Positions 1 to 9,649 of a stretch of 52,477 nt of DNA are shown piece by piece. The notes below the pieces were generated by a model. It made no database searches, had not been told where the DNA came from, and saw only the letters and a list, made by a program, of their open reading frames with translations. Location: contig JBGAGQ010000044.1 of assembly GCA_044226625.1 (NCBI GenBank), positions 1 through 52,477 of the forward strand, given 5' to 3'. Source of the DNA: Thermoanaerobaculia bacterium. Its GTDB lineage: Bacteria; Acidobacteriota; Thermoanaerobaculia; Multivoradales; UBA5704. Made by a program: the position numbers and the translations under genes. The stretch's first letter is position 1. Each line of letters starts with the position of its first letter.

Positions 1-512
1 CCAGGGCTGAGGCCGAAGGCCGATGCCCTGCGTCACCGGCGACACCCATGCCCGCGGCCTGAAAGGCCGCCAGATTCCAGCCCAGGGCTGAGGCCGCAGG
101 CCGATGCCCTGGGTCACCGGCGACACCCAAGCCAGCGGCCTGAAAGGCCGCCAGATTCCAGCCCAGGGCCGAGGCCGAAGGCCGATGCCCTGGGTCACCG
201 GCGACACCCAAGCCCGCGGCCTGAAAGGCCGCCAGATTCCAGCCCAGGGCTGAGGCCGAAGGCCGATGCCCTGGGTCACCGGCGACATCCAAGCCCGCGG
301 CCTGAAGGCCGCCAGAGTCCAGCCCAGGGCCGAGGCCGAAGGCCGATGCCCTGGGTCACCAGCAGCAAGCCCGCGGCCTGAAAGGCCGCCAGAATCCAGC
401 CCAGGGCTGAGGCCGAAGGCCGATGCCCTGGGTCACCAGCGACATGCAAGCGCGCGGCCTGAAAGGCCGCCAGAACCCAGCCCAGGGCTGAGGCCGCAGG
501 CCGATGCCCTGG
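1..512. repeat. Tandem array of ~81-bp palindromic (REP/BIME-like) units, truncated by the window start
   Basis: CCAGGGC anchor recurs at 1, 82, 163, 244, 324, 401 and 482 (spacing 81,81,81,80,77,81). Each unit has CCCAGGGC..GGCC-GAA-GGCC..GCCCTGGG and GCGGCCT-GAA-AGGCCGC hairpins. Confidence 0.9.
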
Positions 513-619
513 GAAACGCGCCACACCCACACCCGCGTCGGTGCAGAGAGAAATTGCGGCGCCGCCTCAGGATAGATCTGCGGTGCGAACCGTCGGCGTG
601 CCGGTGCACAGCCGGAGTG

Positions 620-875
620 CGGCGGTTCACTGGGGTTTTGCAGCGGTGCAAAGCGGCTGCGCAGAAGTGCGCTGGGATTTTGCAGGGGTGCACCGAGGAA
701 GTGCACCGGTGCGCTGGAGCTTTGCAGCGGTGCAAAACGGCTGCTCACCGGTGCGCTGGAGTTTTGCGGGGGTGCACTGCGCGAGTGCACAAGTGCGCTG
801 GAGTTTTGTAGCGATGCGCTGAGGGAAGGCGGCGGTGCGCCGCGATTTTGCAGAGGTTTAAAACTGCAGTGCACC
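620..875. repeat. Degenerate 42-bp periodic repeat, ~6 copies
   Basis: A CTGGAGTTTTGCAGCGGTGCA-like core starts at 630, 672, 714, 756, 798 and 840 (exact 42-bp period). Confidence 0.85.
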
Positions 876-1007
876 GCGACAAAACGCCAGCGACCTAGAG
901 CAAAGGCGGTGAGCCCTGAGGCTCGCCGGCTTTTCGGCGCCGCCCGACCGGCGAGAAGGAGCGCCTTGGATTCTTGCCGTCGCGCGGAACGGAATCGCGG
1001 CGGTGCT

Positions 1008-3272
1008 CTATTCGACTTCCAAGCTCCCCACGTTCTGGAACCCGCGCGGCAGCTTCGCCCCGCGCTGGGCGCGCTTGCCGGCGAAGGGCTCTTGCTCGGA
1101 GGGCTTGAGGGCTAGGTAACGCTTGCCGGCGTGGACTTTGAGGTGCGCTCCGGAGGGGAGGATCGCGAGCGCGACGATCGATTCTTTCTCTTTGGCCGAG
1201 AGGTTCAGGATCTTCACCCCCTTGCCGCGCGGCATCTCCGGCATTTCGGAGGCGGGGAAGATCAGCAGCCGGCCTCCGTCGGTCGCGGCGGCGAGGCCGC
1301 TCCCTTCGAGGCCGGTCACCTTGACCGGCGGCAGGACTTTGGCGCCCGGGGTGACGTTCAGAACCGCCTTGCCCGCGCGATTGCGGCTCGACAGCTCGCC
1401 CAGGCGGACGAGGAAGCCGTAGCCCGCGGAGGTGGCGACGAGGTAGAGGTCGTCGTCCGCCCCCATCAGGACCGAGACGAAGTGCGCACCGTCCGGCGGC
1501 TGGAGCTGCGAGGAGAGCGGCTCGCCGTGGCCGCGGGCGGACGGCAGCTGATGGGCCGGCAGCGCGTACGAGCGCCCGGTCGAATCGAGGAAGAGCGCCT
1601 GCTGGTTGCTCCGTCCCATAGCGGACTGGAGGAACGCGTCGCCCGACTTGTACGGGAGCGCCGAGGCGTCGACCTCGTGTCCCTTGGCCGCGCGCACCCA
1701 GCCTTTTTCCGAAAGGATCACGGTGACCGCTTCGGACGGGACCAGCTCGGTTTCCGCCATCGCCCGTGCCGCTTCGCGTTCGACGATCTTCGCGCGCCGC
1801 GCGTCGCCGAACTGGGCCACGTCGCGCTCCAACTCGTCGCGCACCTTCTTCTTGAGCCGCGTCTCGGACGACAGGGTCTTCTCGAGGTCGGCGCGCTCTT
1901 TCTCGAGATCCGCTCTCTCGCCGCGGATCTTCATCTCTTCGAGCCGCGCGAGATGGCGGAGCTTGGTGTCGAGGATCGCCTCGGCCTGCACGTCCGAAAG
2001 GCCGAACCGCTCGATCAGGCGCGGCTTCGGCTCGTCCTCGGTGCGGATGATGCGGATCACCTCGTCGAGATTCAGGTAGGCGATCAGGAACCCTTCGAGC
2101 AGGTGGAGCCGCGCGAGTACCTGGTCATAGCGAAATTGCAGGCGCCTCCGCACGGTCTCGGTTCGAAAGGCGAGCCACTCGGAGAGGATCGAGCGAAGGT
2201 CGTACTGGCGCGGCCGGCCGTCGAGCCCGATCATCGTGAAATTCACGCGATAGGTCCGCTCGAGCTCGGTGGTCGCGAACAGATGCGCCATCAGGCCGGG
2301 GACGTCGACCCGATTCGATCGCGGCGTGATCACCAGGCGGGTCGGGTTCTCGTGATCGGATTCGTCGCGCAGGTCTTCGACCATCGGCAGCTTCTTCGCC
2401 TGCATCTGCGCCGCGATCTGGGCGAGGACCTTGCTGCCCGAAACCTGGTACGGAAGGGCGGTGACGATCACGTCGCCCCCTTCCATCTCCCAGGCGGCGC
2501 GCAGCCGGACCGAGCCCGCGCCGGTTTCGTAGATCTTCTGGAGCTCGGCGCGCGGCGAGATGATCTCCGCGTCGCTCGGGAAATCGGGACCGAGCACGTG
2601 CTCGCACAGCTCTTCGACGTTCGCCTTCGGATGGTCGAGCAGATGGATCGCCGCGGCCACCACCTCACGCGCGTTGTGCGGCGGAATGTCCGTCGCCATG
2701 CCGACGGCGATACCGGAAGCCCCATTCAGCAGCACGTGCGGCAGCCGCGCGGGCAGGAGCTTCGGCTCGTCGAGGGTGCCGTCGAAATTCGCGCCCCAGT
2801 CGACCGTCCCCTCCCCTAGCTCGGAGAGGAGCACCTGCGCGAACCGGGTGAGGCGCGCCTCGGTGTAGCGCATCGCGGCAAACGATTTCGGGTCGTCCTG
2901 CGAGCCCCAGTTGCCCTGGCCGTCGACCAGCGGATACCGGAGCGAGAACGGCTGAGCCATCAACACCATCGCCTCGTAGCAGGCCGAGTCGCCGTGCGGG
3001 TGGTATTTGCCGAGCACGTCGCCCACCGTGCGCGCCGACTTCTTGTGCTTGGAAGCGGCGGAGAGCCCGAGCTCCGACATCGCGTAGATGATTCGCCGCT
3101 GCACCGGCTTCAAACCGTCCGCGAGATGCGGCAGCGCCCGGTCGAGGATGACGTACATCGAATAGTCGAGATACGCCTTCTCGGTGAACTCGCCGAGCAG
3201 CATCTTCTCGACGTCGACGAACGGAAGGAGCGGCGTGGGAGGCGGAGTGGAAGCGCGGGTCGATTTGGCCAT
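1008..3272 (-). CDS. parC: DNA topoisomerase IV subunit A
   Basis: [30 protein letters not shown] catalytic Tyr motif; 754 aa with a ParC-type C-terminal domain; near parE. Confidence 0.95.
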   Translation of the reverse strand: MAKSTRASTPPPTPLLPFVDVEKMLLGEFTEKAYLDYSMYVILDRALPHLADGLKPVQRRIIYAMSELGLSAASKHKKSARTVGDVLGKYHPHGDSACYEAMVLMAQPFSLRYPLVDGQGNWGSQDDPKSFAAMRYTEARLTRFAQVLLSELGEGTVDWGANFDGTLDEPKLLPARLPHVLLNGASGIAVGMATDIPPHNAREVVAAAIHLLDHPKANVEELCEHVLGPDFPSDAEIISPRAELQKIYETGAGSVRLRAAWEMEGGDVIVTALPYQVSGSKVLAQIAAQMQAKKLPMVEDLRDESDHENPTRLVITPRSNRVDVPGLMAHLFATTELERTYRVNFTMIGLDGRPRQYDLRSILSEWLAFRTETVRRRLQFRYDQVLARLHLLEGFLIAYLNLDEVIRIIRTEDEPKPRLIERFGLSDVQAEAILDTKLRHLARLEEMKIRGERADLEKERADLEKTLSSETRLKKKVRDELERDVAQFGDARRAKIVEREAARAMAETELVPSEAVTVILSEKGWVRAAKGHEVDASALPYKSGDAFLQSAMGRSNQQALFLDSTGRSYALPAHQLPSARGHGEPLSSQLQPPDGAHFVSVLMGADDDLYLVATSAGYGFLVRLGELSSRNRAGKAVLNVTPGAKVLPPVKVTGLEGSGLAAATDGGRLLIFPASEMPEMPRGKGVKILNLSAKEKESIVALAILPSGAHLKVHAGKRYLALKPSEQEPFAGKRAQRGAKLPRGFQNVGSLEVE

Positions 3273-3275
3273 GAG

Positions 3276-3683
3276 CTAGGAGAGGGGGAAGCGTTCGAAA
3301 CCGAGGAGGTCGAAGTGGCGGTCGAAGGTAAAGGCTCGGCGGATGCCGTGGGCCTTCATCAAAGCGAAAGAAACGCAGTCCGTAAAGCCGACCTTTTGGT
3401 CGGAGAATTTGCTCATCATCCAGAGCGCTTGCGCCTCGTGCTCGAGCTCGGGACGAAGCACTCGAAACATTTCGGACCCGAGCAAGTGGCGGCCCTTGCT
3501 CGCGGAGAAAGCTGGATCCGCTCGCTGCGCCAGGAGGTTTAGCGACTCGGCCAGAACGAGGCTGCTTAAGACAAACCTCTCGCCATTCCTTTCGAGCCTG
3601 TCCCAGGCCGCGAGCGCGACCTCATGGTACTGATCATCTTCGAGGTAGCGCGCAAGGATCGGGCCTGCATCGACAAAGATCAA
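3276..3683 (-). CDS. vapC: PIN-domain (VapC-family) toxin
   Basis: MIFVD..., VLAE, FTDCVSF and FTFDRHF acidic PIN motifs; 135 aa; 4-nt overlap with the upstream small gene. Confidence 0.9.
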   Translation of the reverse strand: MIFVDAGPILARYLEDDQYHEVALAAWDRLERNGERFVLSSLVLAESLNLLAQRADPAFSASKGRHLLGSEMFRVLRPELEHEAQALWMMSKFSDQKVGFTDCVSFALMKAHGIRRAFTFDRHFDLLGFERFPLS

Positions 3684-3898
3684 CTCTTCTTCCCATAAAG
3701 GTAGTCGTCATGTCGAAGGGCGAGATCACCAGGAGTCGGACCCTTCCAAAACTCTCGATCTTCAAAGAACGGATCCCGGCCTTGCGGCGAGGCTGCGCTC
3801 CGTTCCCTCTCCTCGACGAGTTGTCGGGCAAACTGCTGCGCTTCCGCGAAGAGAGCGTCGTTCGAGTCCGATTCGGGTTCAATCTCTTGAGTCTTCAT
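3680..3898 (-). CDS. Putative VapB-like antitoxin (72 aa)
   Basis: ATG at 3898 after GGAGG; acidic; ends DLALRHDDYLYGKKS; overlaps the PIN gene start. Confidence 0.7.
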   Translation of the reverse strand: MKTQEIEPESDSNDALFAEAQQFARQLVEERERSAASPQGRDPFFEDREFWKGPTPGDLALRHDDYLYGKKS

Positions 3899-3929
3899 AC
3901 TTCCTCCGCGATTCCGGCGGCTGGCCAAA

Positions 3930-3938
3930 ACTCTAGCA
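3930..3938 (-). promoter_or_regulatory. Possible extended -10 promoter for the TA pair
   Basis: TGCTAGAGT (TGn + TAnnnT) on the minus strand just after the parE stop, ~30 nt before the antitoxin ATG. Confidence 0.35.
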
Positions 3939-3942
3939 CTCC

Positions 3943-5850
3943 TCAAACCTCCGCCAGGTTTCCCTTGCGTCCGAGCCATTCGCGGCGGTCGGCGCTGCGG
4001 CCTTTGGCGAGGAGGAGATCCATCAGCGATTCGACGTCGTGGTCGGTCGGGATCTCGAGCTGAACGAGGCGGCGGGTGTCGGGAGCCATCGTGGTCTCAC
4101 GCAGCTGGAGCGGGTTCATTTCGCCGAGGCCTTTGAAACGTTGGACGTTCGGTTTGCCGCGTTTCCCTTCGGCCGCGAGGCGGTCGAGGATTCCTTTCTT
4201 TTCCTGCTCGTCGAGGGCGTAGTGGACCTCTTTGCCGACGTCGATGCGGAACAGCGGGGGCATCGCCACGTAGACGCGGCCGTCTTCGATCAGCGCGCGG
4301 AAATGCTTGACGAACAGGGCGCAGAGGAGCGTCGCGATGTGCGCGCCGTCGGAGTCCGCGTCGGCGAGGATGCAGATCTTCCCGTAGCGCAGGCCGTCGA
4401 GCTTGCCGCTGCCCGGATCGACGCCCAGGGCGACCGCGATGTCGTGGACCTCCTGGCTGCCGAGCACCTCGGCCGAGTCGACCTCCCAGGTGTTCAAGAT
4501 CTTTCCGCGCAGTGGCAGGATCGCCTGAAACTCCCGGCTGCGCGCCTGTTTGGCCGAGCCGCCGGCCGAATCGCCCTCGACCAGGAACAGCTCGGTTTGG
4601 GAGAGGTCCTGGCTCGAGCAGTCGGCGAGCTTGCCCGGAAGGGCGGGCCCGGTGGTCACCGTCTTCCGTAGGACTTTCTTGCCCGCCCGCAGGCGCGCCT
4701 GGGCGCTGTCGATCGCCAGACGCGCGATCCGCTCGGCGTCGGCCGTGTGCTGGTTCAGCCAGAGTCCGAAGGCGTCCTGCGTAACGCCGGAGACGAACGC
4801 CGCCGCCTCGCGCGAGGAGAGGCGCTCCTTGGTCTGGCCGGTGAACTGCGGCTCTTTCAATCGCACCGAGAGCAGGTAGGAGCAGCGCCCCCAGACGTCC
4901 TCGGGCGCGAGCTTCACGCCGCGCGGCAGCAGATCGCGGAACTCGCAGAACTCGCGGATCGCCTCGGTCAAGCCGGCGCGGAAGCCGTTGACGTGCGTTC
5001 CCCCCTGGACCGTCGGAATCAGGTTCACGTAGCTCTCGCCGAGCACTTCGCCCGGGGTCTCCGCGTCGGGCGGCAGCCAGACCGCCGCCCAGTCGACCTC
5101 TTCGTCGTTGCCTTTGAAATGGCCGACGAACGGCGGATCGGGGATCCGCTCGGCCGCCCCCAGCGCCTCGGTCAGGTAGTCGGTGAGACCGTCCTCGAAG
5201 AACCACTCCTCGCCGTCGTCCGGAACGCCTTCGTGGCGGAACCGGATGCGCAGCCCCGGGCAGAGGACGGCTTTCGCGCGGAGGGAATGCTTGATCTTTC
5301 CGACCGTCATCTTCGGCGAGTCGAAGAATTTCGGATCCGGCCAGAAGCGGACGGTGGTCCCGGTGTTGCGCTGGCCGACCGTGCCGATCACCTCGAGCTT
5401 CTCGACCTTCGCGCCGTCGGCGAAGGCCATGTGGTGCTCTTTGCCCCCGCGGCGGACCCAGACGTCGAGCCGCTTGGAGAGCGCGTTCACGACCGAGACG
5501 CCGACGCCGTGGAGGCCGCCCGAGAAACGGTAGCTCTTGTCCGAGAACTTCGCTCCGGCGTGGAGCCGGGTGAGGATCACCTCGACCCCGGAGACCTTCT
5601 CGCCCGGGTGGATGTCGACCGGCATGCCTCGTCCGTCGTCGGCGACCGCGAGGGAGCCGTCCTGGTAGAGATCGACCTCGATCAGCGAGCAGTGGCCGGC
5701 GATCGCCTCGTCGGCCGCGTTGTCGATCACCTCCTGCGCGAGGTGGTCGGGCCGGTCGGTATGGGTGTACATCCCGGGGCGCTTGCGCACCGGTTCGAGG
5801 CCGGTCAGGACTTCGATGGCGGAGGCGTCGTACGTGGCGGGCGATGGCAT
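3943..5850 (-). CDS. parE: DNA topoisomerase IV subunit B
   Basis: IEVLTGLEPVRKRPGMY, EVIDNAADE, GGLHGVGVSVVNALS, LVEGDSAGGSAKQAR, DADSDG, QRFKGLGEMNP; lacks the GyrB insert. Start reassigned to ATG 5850. Confidence 0.95.
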   Translation of the reverse strand: MPSPATYDASAIEVLTGLEPVRKRPGMYTHTDRPDHLAQEVIDNAADEAIAGHCSLIEVDLYQDGSLAVADDGRGMPVDIHPGEKVSGVEVILTRLHAGAKFSDKSYRFSGGLHGVGVSVVNALSKRLDVWVRRGGKEHHMAFADGAKVEKLEVIGTVGQRNTGTTVRFWPDPKFFDSPKMTVGKIKHSLRAKAVLCPGLRIRFRHEGVPDDGEEWFFEDGLTDYLTEALGAAERIPDPPFVGHFKGNDEEVDWAAVWLPPDAETPGEVLGESYVNLIPTVQGGTHVNGFRAGLTEAIREFCEFRDLLPRGVKLAPEDVWGRCSYLLSVRLKEPQFTGQTKERLSSREAAAFVSGVTQDAFGLWLNQHTADAERIARLAIDSAQARLRAGKKVLRKTVTTGPALPGKLADCSSQDLSQTELFLVEGDSAGGSAKQARSREFQAILPLRGKILNTWEVDSAEVLGSQEVHDIAVALGVDPGSGKLDGLRYGKICILADADSDGAHIATLLCALFVKHFRALIEDGRVYVAMPPLFRIDVGKEVHYALDEQEKKGILDRLAAEGKRGKPNVQRFKGLGEMNPLQLRETTMAPDTRRLVQLEIPTDHDVESLMDLLLAKGRSADRREWLGRKGNLAEV

Positions 5851-6077
5851 GGGATTCGGAAGTTTTCTCGAAGGGCGGCGACCGTCCGGGGCGCCGTCGG
5901 GCAGAACCGGGCGCGGATGATACCCGACCGCGATCGTCGTATCGGTCGGCCTCACTTGACGGAACGGAACCGCACTGTTAGCTTAAGCGTAAACCGAGCG
6001 TAACTCAAGCCCGCCGGCCGTCGCCGAACCGCCGGCTCCAATCCACGTTGTGAAGCCCCAGAAGGAGAGAAACCGTC

Positions 6078-6689
6078 ATGAAACGTCTCCCCCTCCTCGC
6101 CCTCACCGCCTCGCTCGCCATCTTGCCGGCCGCCACCGCGTTCGCCGCCGATCCCCCGGCTCAGCAAGGTATGGATCCCAACATGGCCGCGATGATGGAG
6201 GCGATGGCCGCCGCCGGGAAGGTCGGCGAGCAGCACAAGATGCTCGGCAAATACGTCGGCGACTGGACCTACAGCATCAAGATGTGGATGGACCCGAGCG
6301 CCCCGCCGATGGAGCTCGGCGGCACGATGCATGGCGACTCGATGCTCGGCGGCCGGTACGTCCATTCGACCTGGAAGGGCGACTTCATGGGCGCGCCGTT
6401 CGAAGGGCACAGCACGGAGGCCTACGACAACGTGACGGGCCGATTCATGAACACCTGGATCGACAACCAGAGCACGGGAATTCTTTATTCGACCGGTTCT
6501 GCCTCGGCGGACGGCAAGAGCATCACCTACCAGGGCGAGATGACCGATCCCGTGTCGCACCAGAAGTCGGCGACCAAGTCGGTGATCACCTGGCTCTCCG
6601 ACGACTCGTTCAAGAACGAATCGTTCTGGACCGATCCCTCCGGCAAGCTCGTACCGTCGATGGTGATCGTCGCCACGCGGAAGAAGTAA
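6078..6689 (+). CDS. Exported DUF1579-like protein
   Basis: Signal peptide (…TAFA); HKMLGKYVGDW, GGRYV, YDNVTGRFMNTWIDN pattern. Confidence 0.75.
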   Translation: MKRLPLLALTASLAILPAATAFAADPPAQQGMDPNMAAMMEAMAAAGKVGEQHKMLGKYVGDWTYSIKMWMDPSAPPMELGGTMHGDSMLGGRYVHSTWKGDFMGAPFEGHSTEAYDNVTGRFMNTWIDNQSTGILYSTGSASADGKSITYQGEMTDPVSHQKSATKSVITWLSDDSFKNESFWTDPSGKLVPSMVIVATRKK

Positions 6690-6767
6690 CAGGGAGAAGC
6701 TAGCAGCCGGACGAACCCTCGGGCGGCGAAGGCGCCGTCCGGGGGAGGCCGCACCGAGTCTCGAGCC

Positions 6768-7910
6768 TTACCCTCCTACCTCGAATTCCCGCGCCAAGCC
6801 GTCGGCGACGGCGAAGCCTTGAAGCGTCGGTCGGAGCCTCCCCTCCCCCAGGATCACCAAATTCTGCTCGGTCAGCCGGCGGAGCAGCGCGGCGTTCTTC
6901 GCTTCGAGGTCGACGCCGTACCTCTCCTTGACCTGTTCGAGGTCGATCCCCTCTTTCGTCCGCAGGCCGAGCATCAGGGCTTCGAGTGCGAGGTCCCGGC
7001 CTGTGAGCGTCTCGGAGTCGGCGATCGGTTTTTCGCCCGATTCGATCCTTCGCTGCCAGGGAGCGAGCTTCCGCTCGTTCCACCAGCGGCGGCGGCCGTC
7101 GAACGAATGGGCGGAGGGTCCTAGTCCCAGATAGGGGACGTGGCGCCAATATTTTTGGTTGTGCCGGGAACGGTGCTCCGGAGACCGCGCGAAGTTCGAG
7201 ACCTCGTACGCCTCGTAGCCCGCGCTGGCAAGCAGCCGATGGGTGAGCTCGAAGATCTCCGCCTGCGCGGGCTCGGGCATCTCGGACAGTCGGCCCCGGT
7301 CGCGGCGGAAACCGAACGGCGTCCCCTCGTGGATCGTCAGCTGATAGCACGAGATGTGATCGGCCTCGAGCGCCACAGCGGCTTCGAGCGACTCGCGCCA
7401 GGACTCCGGCGTCTGATCCGGCAAGCCGAAGATGAGGTCGAGCGAAACCGTCGGAAAACCCGCCTCGCGCGCGAGGTGGAATGCGCGCGTGCCCTCCTCG
7501 GCGGTATGGCGGCGGCCAAGGAAGACGAGCTCCTCTGCCCGAAAGGACTGGACCCCGAGCGAGAGGGTCGCGACACCGAGCGCGCGGAGCGCGGCGAACG
7601 CCTCGGGACTCGCGTCCTCCGGGTTCGCTTCGAGGAAGATCCGCGCCTCCCCCCTCTCCGGAAACGCCGCCCGGACCGCCTCGAGAATCTCGCCGATCTC
7701 GGCCGGAGCGAGCGCCGAGGGCGTACCGCCGCCGAGGTAGATCGTGTCGAATCCGCGCCACTCGGAACCGGCCCAGAGGGCGATCTCGTCACGGAGAGTC
7801 GAGACGAAGCGGCGTCGCTTCTCCGGGCCGCCCGTCAAAACCGCGAAATCGCAGTAAGGGCAGATCGCCGAGCAAAACGGGACGTGGAGATAGAGGCCGT
7901 GGCCGGTCAT
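6768..7910 (-). CDS. hemW: Radical SAM heme chaperone HemW
   Basis: YLHVPFCSAICPYCDF (CxxxCxxC), GGGTPS, YEVSNF and HNQKYW (HNxxYW, HemW signature). Confidence 0.9.
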   Translation of the reverse strand: MTGHGLYLHVPFCSAICPYCDFAVLTGGPEKRRRFVSTLRDEIALWAGSEWRGFDTIYLGGGTPSALAPAEIGEILEAVRAAFPERGEARIFLEANPEDASPEAFAALRALGVATLSLGVQSFRAEELVFLGRRHTAEEGTRAFHLAREAGFPTVSLDLIFGLPDQTPESWRESLEAAVALEADHISCYQLTIHEGTPFGFRRDRGRLSEMPEPAQAEIFELTHRLLASAGYEAYEVSNFARSPEHRSRHNQKYWRHVPYLGLGPSAHSFDGRRRWWNERKLAPWQRRIESGEKPIADSETLTGRDLALEALMLGLRTKEGIDLEQVKERYGVDLEAKNAALLRRLTEQNLVILGEGRLRPTLQGFAVADGLAREFEVGG

Positions 7911-7949
7911 TCAGCCCTCGCCCCCACCGGAGTTGGGATCACGGGCCGC

Positions 7950-8510
7950 TCAGTTGAGGATCGGCGGAACGTAGCGGTCTTCCAGGTCGCTCACGTCGAT
8001 CCCCATGCCGAGCAGGGAGAGCAGCAGCTCCTCACGCTCGGCCGGGGTCTCGGCCTCGAGCAACGCCTGCTTTTCGTCGGAGCGGAACGGCAGGGCGACC
8101 GAGAGGCCGTTCAGCAGCGAGATGCCGGGCAGCGCGTTCAGCACCTCTTCGTCGAACTGCCGGAGCGGCAGCTCGTCGATCACCCGGAAACGGGAGACGC
8201 CGCGCAGCAGGATCAGGAACCGACCGTCGGCCTGGCGTTCGCAGCGCTCGATCCGGCCCGCGCACCCGATGCGGTAGAGGGAGGGATGGTCCTCGATCTC
8301 TTCCAGCAACACCTCGTACGGGGGCGCGTTGTCCTGGCGCGCCACCAAAGGCTGGATCATGCCGATCATGCGCCCCTCCGCCATCGCGTCCTCGACCATC
8401 GCGAGATAGCGCGGCTCGAAGATGTTGAGCGGCAGCCAGTTGGCGGGCAGGAGCAGCGTGCCGGTCAACGGGAAAATCGGCAGCGGATCGGGGAGCGGGG
8501 GCGGGGTCAT
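7950..8510 (-). CDS. Lon protease N-terminal (substrate-binding) domain protein
   Basis: LPIFPL..LLP...LPLNIFEPRYLAMV, GCAGRI, EKQALLEA. Start reassigned to ATG 8510 within the 719-aa track ORF. Confidence 0.85.
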   Translation of the reverse strand: MTPPPLPDPLPIFPLTGTLLLPANWLPLNIFEPRYLAMVEDAMAEGRMIGMIQPLVARQDNAPPYEVLLEEIEDHPSLYRIGCAGRIERCERQADGRFLILLRGVSRFRVIDELPLRQFDEEVLNALPGISLLNGLSVALPFRSDEKQALLEAETPAEREELLLSLLGMGIDVSDLEDRYVPPILN

Positions 8511-8629
8511 CGGCTTCCGAACGATGATACGGCAAGGGGCGGTCCTGCGTACCTCCCCTGGGGCGAGCGGCGGGCGGACGCCCTCGCCGGAATCCGATCG
8601 GAGCGAGGCGGGCCGCCCTTCGGGCCTCG

Positions 8630-9559
8630 CTAGAGTCCGAGGATGCAGTGCTCGAGGACGCCCATCGCGCTCGACATCTTGTGGAACGCCTGGCGGAACG
8701 CGATGCTCTGCGGTCCGTCGAGCACCTCGTCGACCACCTCGTACCCGCGCATCGCCGGCAGGTCGTGCATGAAGACCGTGCCCTCTTTGGACACCCGCGC
8801 CATGACCGCCGGATCGATCGTGTAGGGGCGGAACTTGTCGAGCCAGTCGACGTCCTTTTTCTGGACGCCCATGGTCATCCACCGGGTCGAGTAGACGACG
8901 TCGACGCCGCGCGGCAGGTCTTCCATCCGGTGGTGTTGCTCGATCGCCGAGCCGGTCGAGGCGGCGTATCCGTTCGCCTCGTCCACCACCTCCTGCGGGA
9001 TGCCGTACCCTTCGGGCGTGACGATCGTGAGGCGCATGTTCGGCAGCTTGCCGAACCCGCGGGCGAGGGCCGTCGTGGTGTTGTTGCCTTCGCCGATGTA
9101 GAGCACGTGGAGGCCCTCGAGCCGGCCGAAGTGCTCCTCCATCGCCGCGAGGTCGCACAGCGCCTGGGTCGGATGCTCGGTGTCGCTCATCGCGTTGACG
9201 ATCGGCAGGTTGCCGGCGTCGGCGAGCGCGCGCATCTCCTCGATCGGCTCGTTGGTCCGGATGACCAGGGCGTCGAGGTAATTTTCGAGCACGCGCGCCG
9301 TGTCCTCGAGCGTCTCCCCGGTGTTGATCTGGAGGTCGTTCGGTCCGTAGGAGATGACGGAAGCGCCGAGCTTCATCGCCCCGATCGTGAACGCGGTCCG
9401 CGTCCGGGTCGACGTCTTCTTGAAATAGACCCCCACCACCTTGTCGGCCAGCGGCTTGCCGTACGGCTTGCCGGCGCCGATCGAAACCGCCCGGTCGACG
9501 ATCCGCCGAATCGTCGCGGCGTCGAGGTCTGCGAGCGTCAGAACGTGTCGTGCACTCAT
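8630..9559 (-). CDS. Ornithine carbamoyltransferase-family transcarbamylase, atypical (DPTCase/DBTCase-like motifs)
   Basis: FKKTSTRTR and HPTQ carbamoyl-phosphate motifs; STRWMTMG and HDLP replace the OTCase DxxxSMG and HCLP; ATG 9559. Confidence 0.85.
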   Translation of the reverse strand: MSARHVLTLADLDAATIRRIVDRAVSIGAGKPYGKPLADKVVGVYFKKTSTRTRTAFTIGAMKLGASVISYGPNDLQINTGETLEDTARVLENYLDALVIRTNEPIEEMRALADAGNLPIVNAMSDTEHPTQALCDLAAMEEHFGRLEGLHVLYIGEGNNTTTALARGFGKLPNMRLTIVTPEGYGIPQEVVDEANGYAASTGSAIEQHHRMEDLPRGVDVVYSTRWMTMGVQKKDVDWLDKFRPYTIDPAVMARVSKEGTVFMHDLPAMRGYEVVDEVLDGPQSIAFRQAFHKMSSAMGVLEHCILGL

Positions 9560-9649
9560 TCGAGATCCTTCCCCCAGATCCCCCCTCCGAAGCGAGACGG
9601 GTCCCACCGGAGCAGAGTGCCGACCGGGCCGAGGAAAGGGACGCCCGCG

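Noticed and set aside
1-512. CRISPR array
   Set aside because: Units are near-identical over their whole 81 bp with no unique spacers, and no cas genes are present.
3943-5850. ParE as a ParDE toxin partner of the neighbouring TA genes
   Set aside because: It is the ~635-aa topoisomerase IV B subunit; only the name coincides.
6768-7910. Radical SAM enzyme as the RiPP maturase
   Set aside because: Has the HemW signatures (HVPFC, HNxxYW), no SPASM Cys cluster or RRE, and is far from both precursors.
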